NCBI GenBank assembly: GCA_036229005.1
Contig: JAZAMN010000024.1
Coordinates: 1 to 64,000 of the forward strand
Direction of reading: 5' to 3'
DNA length: 64,000 nucleotides
DNA from: Myxococcota bacterium
GTDB taxonomy: Bacteria > Myxococcota_A > UBA796 > CAJQPC01
Shown here: piece by piece, positions 58,653 to 64,000 of the stretch
Position numbering within the stretch: the stretch's first letter is position 1
Layout of the letters: every line of letters starts with the position of its first letter
The notes under the pieces: model-generated
Seen by the model: only the letters and a program-made list of their open reading frames with translations
Told to the model about the DNA's origin: nothing
Databases searched by the model: none
Made by a program: the position numbers and the translations under genes

Positions 58653-58683
58653 TTAAGGTGGTCGCACGACAACGAGGAGCCCG

Positions 58684-60639
58684 ATGCCCGCACCGCATCC
58701 CCTGTACACCCCCTGCATGCACGCTCTTGGTCTGCGGGGAGAGGTCCGCGCGCCCGGGCTCGACCCCGAGCTGGACAGCCAGCTCAAGGACGCTGGTGTG
58801 CGGGTGGAGCGCTTGGATGGGCCGCTGATCCCGTTGCTCCGGACGGCGAGACCGGGCGCTCCGCTGCTGCTGCGCTGGGCCGACGGTCGCGAGGCTCTGG
58901 CCCAGGCCTGGCTGCTGGGGCGGGTGCGGGTGGACACGGGCCACGGTGGGCACTGGCTGCCCAGCGCGTCCCTGGAGGCGGATCCGCCGGTGGTGTTCGG
59001 GCTGAGCCTGGAGTTCCCCGCGAGCCCCCTGTCTGGGCTGGAGCGCCCCAAGGACCGACTGCTGGCGCTGGGCGGGCTGGAGCGGCGGGAGCTCTGGGCG
59101 ATCCTGGGCTACGCCGCGCTCATGGGCATCCTGGGCCTGGGGACCCCCCTGGCCATCCAGGGCCTGATCGGCTGGCTCGCGCTGGGCGCCCCGGTGCAGC
59201 CGGTGTTGGCCATCGGCCTCGGGCTGGTCGCGCTTCTGGTGCTGTACACGGCGCTGGGGCTGGGGCAGCGTGTCCTGGCTGAGCGGCTGCAGCGCCGGAT
59301 CTTCGTGCGCATGGTGCAGGACCTCTCGGCGCGCCTGCCGCGGGTGCAGGTGGAGGCGCTCCAGGCGACCCACATGCCCGCCCTGGTCAACCGCTTCTTT
59401 GACGTGCTGACCCTGCAGAAGGCCAGCCACACCCTGCTGCTGGACGGGACCGCGGCGGTGCTGCAGGCCCTGGCCGGGCTCACCCTGCTGGCCTTCTACC
59501 ACCCCATGCTGATCGGCGTGACGCTGGTGCTGCTCCTGGGCGTGTGGTTCATCCGCCTGCTGGGCAGGGGCGCCGAGCGCACCGCAATCGCCGAGTCCAA
59601 GGCCAAGTACAAGGTCGCCGCCTGGATCGAGGAGCTGGGGCTGGACCCCACCCGGATGCAGCTCCAGGGCAGCTCCCTGGCGCAGGCCAAGGCCGACGCG
59701 CTCCTGGAGGAGTACCTGCTGGCGCGCCACCACCACTTCCGCATCTTCCTGCGGCAGTACCTGGGCATGCAGGCCCTGCAGATCCTCCTGTCGGTGGGCC
59801 TGCTGGTGACCAGCGGCTGGCTGGTGCTTCGCGGCGAGCTCACCCTGGGGCAGCTCGTGGCCGCGGAGTTCATCGTCGCGACCTCGCTCTCCGGCGTCGG
59901 CAAGCTCGTGGAGAAGCTGGAGCAGTGGTACGACACCCTGGCCGGCGTGGACAAGCTGGGCTCGCTGATCGACCTCCCCACTACAGCGCCCGCCTGCCCG
60001 GATCCCGTGCCCGGTCCCATGTCTCTGGAGGCCCAGGGGCTGATGGTGGGTGGTCAGCAGCTCCCGGTTCACCTCGCGGCTGGCGCCTGGCTGGCGATCC
60101 ACGGGGACGAGCGTGTGGACCTCCGTCGCATCGCCGAGGTGCTCGTTGGCATTCGCAAGGCGGACGCCGGACGCCTGATGGCGGACGGGCAGCCCCTGGT
60201 CGACGGGAGCCTGAGCGAGCAGGCCCTGATGCTGCGCGAGGGCGATCTGCTGGTCTGCAGCGTGCGGGAGAACCTGACCCTGGGCCACCAGTGCAAGGAG
60301 GTCGAGGCCTGGGGCGCGCTGCAGCGCCTGGGCCTGCGCGAGATCATCGCGGACCTCCCCGGCGGCCTGGATTCCGAGCTTCGCGGAGGGGGCTCCCCCC
60401 TCTCCAAGACCCAGGCCGCGCTGCTGTTGGTCGCCCGCGCGTACCTGCTGCAGCCGCGCCTGCTGGTGATCGACGGCCTGCTGGATGGCCTGCCTGCCCG
60501 CATCCAGGTCCGCGCCCTGCGGGTGCTGCGGGAGCTGGACGCCAGCGTCATTCTCCTGAGCGCCGACCCCGAGCTGGTCCACAGCATCCCCGACAACCTC
60601 CGCCTCTACACCGAGGAGCCCCATGAACCTGCCCACTGA
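58684..60639 (+). CDS. T1SS-like ABC transporter permease with degenerate nucleotide-binding domain
   Basis: TM domain (NRFFDV.T.QK, ESK.KY, G.LTLGQLVAAE); VRENL, LP.GLDS.L..GG.PLS, P.LLVID; Walker A not recognisable. Confidence 0.85.
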   Translation: MPAPHPLYTPCMHALGLRGEVRAPGLDPELDSQLKDAGVRVERLDGPLIPLLRTARPGAPLLLRWADGREALAQAWLLGRVRVDTGHGGHWLPSASLEADPPVVFGLSLEFPASPLSGLERPKDRLLALGGLERRELWAILGYAALMGILGLGTPLAIQGLIGWLALGAPVQPVLAIGLGLVALLVLYTALGLGQRVLAERLQRRIFVRMVQDLSARLPRVQVEALQATHMPALVNRFFDVLTLQKASHTLLLDGTAAVLQALAGLTLLAFYHPMLIGVTLVLLLGVWFIRLLGRGAERTAIAESKAKYKVAAWIEELGLDPTRMQLQGSSLAQAKADALLEEYLLARHHHFRIFLRQYLGMQALQILLSVGLLVTSGWLVLRGELTLGQLVAAEFIVATSLSGVGKLVEKLEQWYDTLAGVDKLGSLIDLPTTAPACPDPVPGPMSLEAQGLMVGGQQLPVHLAAGAWLAIHGDERVDLRRIAEVLVGIRKADAGRLMADGQPLVDGSLSEQALMLREGDLLVCSVRENLTLGHQCKEVEAWGALQRLGLREIIADLPGGLDSELRGGGSPLSKTQAALLLVARAYLLQPRLLVIDGLLDGLPARIQVRALRVLRELDASVILLSADPELVHSIPDNLRLYTEEPHEPAH

Positions 60640-61957
60640 GAGCCGCAGCGTTCGCCCTGTCGAGGAGCACGCGTCCGCCTCCGCGGAGCACCGCCCCTAC
60701 GTCCGCGAGGGCCTGCTCCGGCGTGACCTCACCCACACCCCGGCCATTCTGCGGTGGATGAGCGCCCTGGTGGTGGCGGTGGTCCCCGTGGTCGCGTTGT
60801 TCATGGGTCTGGTCCCCTGGCAGCAGTCCGCGACGGGCTCGGGCAGCCTGATCGCCTACTCGCCGCAGGAGCGCGTCCAGACCGTGGAGGCGCCCATCGA
60901 CGGGCGCGTGCTCACCTGGCACGTCAGCGAGGGCCAGGAGGTCCAGAAGGGCGAGCTGCTGGTCGAACTGGTGGACAACGACCCCAACAAGCTGGAGCGG
61001 CTCTCCCGCAAGCGCACCGCGCTGCTCAGCGAGCGCGCCGCCGCCGAGGCCGAGCTGGCCAGCAAGGAGCAGGCGCTGGCCGCCAAGCAGGCCTACCGCG
61101 AGCAGGTGCAGGCCGAGTACGGCGCGAAGATCGCCGAGCTCGAGCGCAAGCGGGTGGGCGAGGCCCTGACCCTGGAGACCAACGCCGTGAACACCCAGCG
61201 GGTGCGGGAGCTGGCCGACGCCGGCATCGAGAGCAAGCGGACCCTGGAGCTGGCTGAGCTGTCCGAGGGCAAGCAGGAGGCCCTGCTGGCCGCCCTGGAC
61301 CAGGAGATCTCCGCCATGAGCAAGGCGGCCCAGTCCGCGCTGGCCTCCGTCGACGCCGACATCGCCTCCGCCCGCGCCGACGTGGCGAACAGCCAGGCCA
61401 AGGTGGCCAGCGTCCAGGGCAAGGTCGAGGATCTGGACGGCGAGCTCGCCCGGCAGGCCTCCCAGTCCATCCTGGCGCCCCGCGATGGCCGGGTGCTCGC
61501 GCTGGAGGGTGCGCCCGTCGGCGGCCAGGTCAAGGTGGGCGACCCCCTGCTGGACCTGGTCCCCGAGACCGCCGGACAGGCCGTGGCGCTCTACCTGCAG
61601 GGCCAGGACATCCCCTGGGTCGAGGCCGGCGACGAGGTCCGCCTGGTGTTCGAGGGCATCCCCGCCCTCCAGTGGATCGGTCCCCCCGGCGAGGGCGTCG
61701 GCACCTACGAGGGCCGCATCGCCCTGATCGACGCCTCCCGCTCCATCGACGGCTTCCGCGTGGTCGTGGTCCCCACCGAGCAGGGGGCCTGGCCCGACCT
61801 GCCCCAGGGCGTGCGCGTCAGCGGCTTCGTGCTCCTGGGCGAGGTCCCCCTGGGCTGGGAGGTCTGGCGCCGCGTCAACGCCTTCCCGCCGGACCGCCCG
61901 GCCACGACCCAGACCAAGACGGAGACCCCCTCCAGCGCTGCGGGGATGGTGAAGTGA
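60623..61957 (+). CDS. HlyD family membrane fusion protein
   Basis: PWQQ...G.G, Q.VEAPI.GR...W.V.EGQ.V.KG, coiled coil, APRDG, VRL.FEG.PA, VPLGWE.WR..N.FPP. Confidence 0.9.
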   Translation: MNLPTESRSVRPVEEHASASAEHRPYVREGLLRRDLTHTPAILRWMSALVVAVVPVVALFMGLVPWQQSATGSGSLIAYSPQERVQTVEAPIDGRVLTWHVSEGQEVQKGELLVELVDNDPNKLERLSRKRTALLSERAAAEAELASKEQALAAKQAYREQVQAEYGAKIAELERKRVGEALTLETNAVNTQRVRELADAGIESKRTLELAELSEGKQEALLAALDQEISAMSKAAQSALASVDADIASARADVANSQAKVASVQGKVEDLDGELARQASQSILAPRDGRVLALEGAPVGGQVKVGDPLLDLVPETAGQAVALYLQGQDIPWVEAGDEVRLVFEGIPALQWIGPPGEGVGTYEGRIALIDASRSIDGFRVVVVPTEQGAWPDLPQGVRVSGFVLLGEVPLGWEVWRRVNAFPPDRPATTQTKTETPSSAAGMVK

Positions 61958-63231
61958 TCCTGGCCTTCGTGGCCGCAGTGGCCGCACAACCCCAGCCGCT
62001 GGAGCTCCAGGAGCTGCTGGCCGGCGTCGACGCCCGCAACCCCGCGTACCGCAGCGCCATCGAGAAGCGCAGCGCCGCGGAGGGCAAGGCGCTGGCGGCC
62101 CGGGCGGTCAACACGCCCACCCTCTACGGGGACTGGAGCGACGGCACCGACGAGGACTACCAGTACGCCACCGCCGAGCTCATCCAGAGCACCGCGCTCG
62201 GGCCCCAGGTGGGGCTGATCTGGGACGCCGACTGGGGGACCACCCCCGGCGTCACGGTCGACGTCCCCCTGGCCGACGGCCTCATCTTCGGCAGCGAGCG
62301 CCTGGCCCTCATCCAGGCCGAGCTGGGGGTGGATGCCGCCGAGATCGACGTGGAGAAGACCGAGCTCGATCTGCGCCTCCAGGCCGCGAGCGCCTGGTAC
62401 AGTTGGGTGGCCGCCGGGCGCCGCCTGGAGATCGCCGACTCCCAGCTCGAGCTCGCCCAGGAGCGCCAGGACGCGCTGCAGATCGCGGTGAACGCGGGCT
62501 CCATCCCCGCCATCAACGTGCTGGACAACCGTCGCGCGCTGGTCGAGCGGCAGGCCGCGGTGGTCAAGGCCCGCGAGACCGTCGAGAAGGCCGCCGCCGC
62601 CCTCTCCCTGTACTACCGGGACGCCCAGGGCCGGCCCATCGTGGTGGGCACCGACCGCCTCCCGCAGACCCCCGCGATCAGCGCCCCCAGCCTGGACCTG
62701 GACGCCGATCAGCAGCTCGCCCGCGCCCGCCCCCAGGTCCGCAGCCTGCAGATCAGCCTGGAGTCCCAGCAGGCCGAGCTCGATCGCGCCCGCAACGGCA
62801 TGCTCCCCGAGCTCTCCGCCCAGGGCACCTGGCACCCCCAGGAGTGGTCCGCCGGCGTGGGGTTCAGCATGTCCCCCGCCTTCCGGGCCGAGCGCGGCAA
62901 GCTCAACGCCGCCCGGGCCCAGCTCGCCTCCCTGGAGGCCGACTTCCAGAACGCCCTGGACACCCTGGACGCCGCCTTGGTCCAGGCCCACATCGAGCTG
63001 CAGAGGCGGTGGGAAGCGGTCGAGTTGGCCCAGCAGGACGTGGAGATCACCGCCAGGGCTCTGGGCCTCGAGAACACCGCGTTCAACCTGGGCTCCAGCG
63101 AGGTCTTCAGATTGGTTCAGCGCGAGCAGCAGCTCGCGGCGGCCCAGAATGACCTCGTCGGCGCCACCCTGGACTACCAGTTGGCGGGGCTCAAGAGGCT
63201 CGCGTTGGTGGGCCACGCACCCCAGCCTTGA
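61954..63231 (+). CDS. TolC family outer membrane efflux protein
   Basis: NP..., V.VPL, A..AWY.WV, RP.V, N..LPEL, E...F..G.S.VF.L..RE; GTGA overlap with hlyD. Confidence 0.88.
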   Translation: MILAFVAAVAAQPQPLELQELLAGVDARNPAYRSAIEKRSAAEGKALAARAVNTPTLYGDWSDGTDEDYQYATAELIQSTALGPQVGLIWDADWGTTPGVTVDVPLADGLIFGSERLALIQAELGVDAAEIDVEKTELDLRLQAASAWYSWVAAGRRLEIADSQLELAQERQDALQIAVNAGSIPAINVLDNRRALVERQAAVVKARETVEKAAAALSLYYRDAQGRPIVVGTDRLPQTPAISAPSLDLDADQQLARARPQVRSLQISLESQQAELDRARNGMLPELSAQGTWHPQEWSAGVGFSMSPAFRAERGKLNAARAQLASLEADFQNALDTLDAALVQAHIELQRRWEAVELAQQDVEITARALGLENTAFNLGSSEVFRLVQREQQLAAAQNDLVGATLDYQLAGLKRLALVGHAPQP

Positions 63232-63307
63232 CCCGATGCTTGCGAGCCCCTGACCCAGCCCCGCTGAGCAGCGGCTATCGTCTCGCGACCACAGTGGAGT
63301 TCCCCCC

Positions 63308-63859
63308 ATGACCCTGATTCTGGCGCTGCTCGCGTGCTCCAACAGCGTCGTCACCCTCGGCGACTCCGGCACCGAGATCGTGGACGACACCAACGACCCG
63401 GACACCGGCGACACCAACGACACGGACACCGGTGACACCAACGACACCGGCGAGGAGCCCGAGCCGGACCACGCCGCCAGGGGCACCTACAAGGGCGTCT
63501 TGGGCTGGTACACGGAGGGCTGGGACATCTGCTCGATGGACGCCTCCATCCGGGTCAACAAGGTCGGCGGCCTCAAGTTCGACGACGTCTGCCCCTACAC
63601 CACCCAGTCCGGGCAGCTTGTAGAGCTGGCCGTCAGCATCGAAGGCAGCGTCGACGAGGACAGCGGCGAGTTCGTCGACGCCGTCATCACCTGGCAGAGC
63701 TGGGAGGTGGGCTGGAACGGCTGGGAGGTCAGCGAGTTCCAGGCCCCCCTGTACGGCGTGGTCGAGAACAACGAGATCCTGTTCGCCGAGTTCACCGAGC
63801 GGGCCAACTTCGGTAGCTGGGAGGGCGACATGATCGGCTACATCGAGGCCTCTCAGTAG
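63308..63859 (+). CDS. Acidic lipoprotein with DT(N/G) repeats
   Basis: Signal MTLILALLAC; DDTNDPDTGDTNDTDTGDTNDTG; GGAG SD. Confidence 0.8.
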   Translation: MTLILALLACSNSVVTLGDSGTEIVDDTNDPDTGDTNDTDTGDTNDTGEEPEPDHAARGTYKGVLGWYTEGWDICSMDASIRVNKVGGLKFDDVCPYTTQSGQLVELAVSIEGSVDEDSGEFVDAVITWQSWEVGWNGWEVSEFQAPLYGVVENNEILFAEFTERANFGSWEGDMIGYIEASQ

Positions 63860-63863
63860 GCGC

Positions 63864-64000
63864 TCAGCGCTGGCGGCGGGCTCTCCAGAACTCGGAGATG
63901 CCCCGCTCCCGGTGCACCGTCTCGCCCATCATCGGCGCCAGGATGTGCAGATCCTCCTGGTCGGCGATGTCCATGATGCGGCGGATCGGCTCGTCCCAGG
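63864..64000 (-). CDS. C-terminus of probable MBL-fold metallo-hydrolase (RomA/NAPE-PLD-like), truncated by window edge
   Basis: Manual translation ...WDEPIRRIMDIADQEDLHILAPMMGETVHRERGISEFWRARRQR*. Confidence 0.55.
   Translation of the reverse strand, partial: WDEPIRRIMDIADQEDLHILAPMMGETVHRERGISEFWRARRQR

Noticed and set aside
63385..63450. Short DNA tandem repeats (GACACC units), also at ~8760-8790
   Set aside because: They simply encode D-T-G/N linkers; covered as a protein-level finding

Overview
High-GC, gene-dense bacterial chromosome segment with about 57 CDSs. It is most likely Myxococcota, judged from an mglA/roadblock module, MYXO-CTERM-like tails, DUF4388 and DUF4423 proteins, Ser/Thr kinases and many lipoproteins. 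No rRNA, tRNA, CRISPR array or prophage was seen. Main blocks: (1) a paralogous mglA-DUF4388-roadblock-HhH-roadblock operon; (2) TetR plus self-sufficient P450 CYP102 with a palindromic operator; (3) a translationally coupled operon joining class III PHA synthase (phaE-phaC) to a Na+/solute symporter, acyl-CoA ligase, lipoprotein, outer-membrane barrel and two exported esterases, followed by a ketoacyl reductase and next to phasin/phaR, which is a candidate polyester scavenging and re-polymerisation system; (4) a kinase-unknown-S8 protease triad; (5) YceI, a haem-motif beta-barrel and an anchored CxxCH protein; (6) fadH and sigma54/AcoR-controlled aldB-DUF779-acs; (7) a RAYT HUH transposase flanked on both sides by composite 31-bp tandem REP/REPIN-like arrays; (8) glycosyltransferases with a TPST-like sulfotransferase; (9) a photolyase with an apparent CTG start coupled to pckA; (10) a T1SS-like ABC/HlyD/TolC set with a degenerate ATPase. 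Window-wide traits are ultra-short uncharged signal peptides, Asp/Thr/Gly linkers and probable leaderless genes. All calls come from reading motifs by eye; no database search was run.
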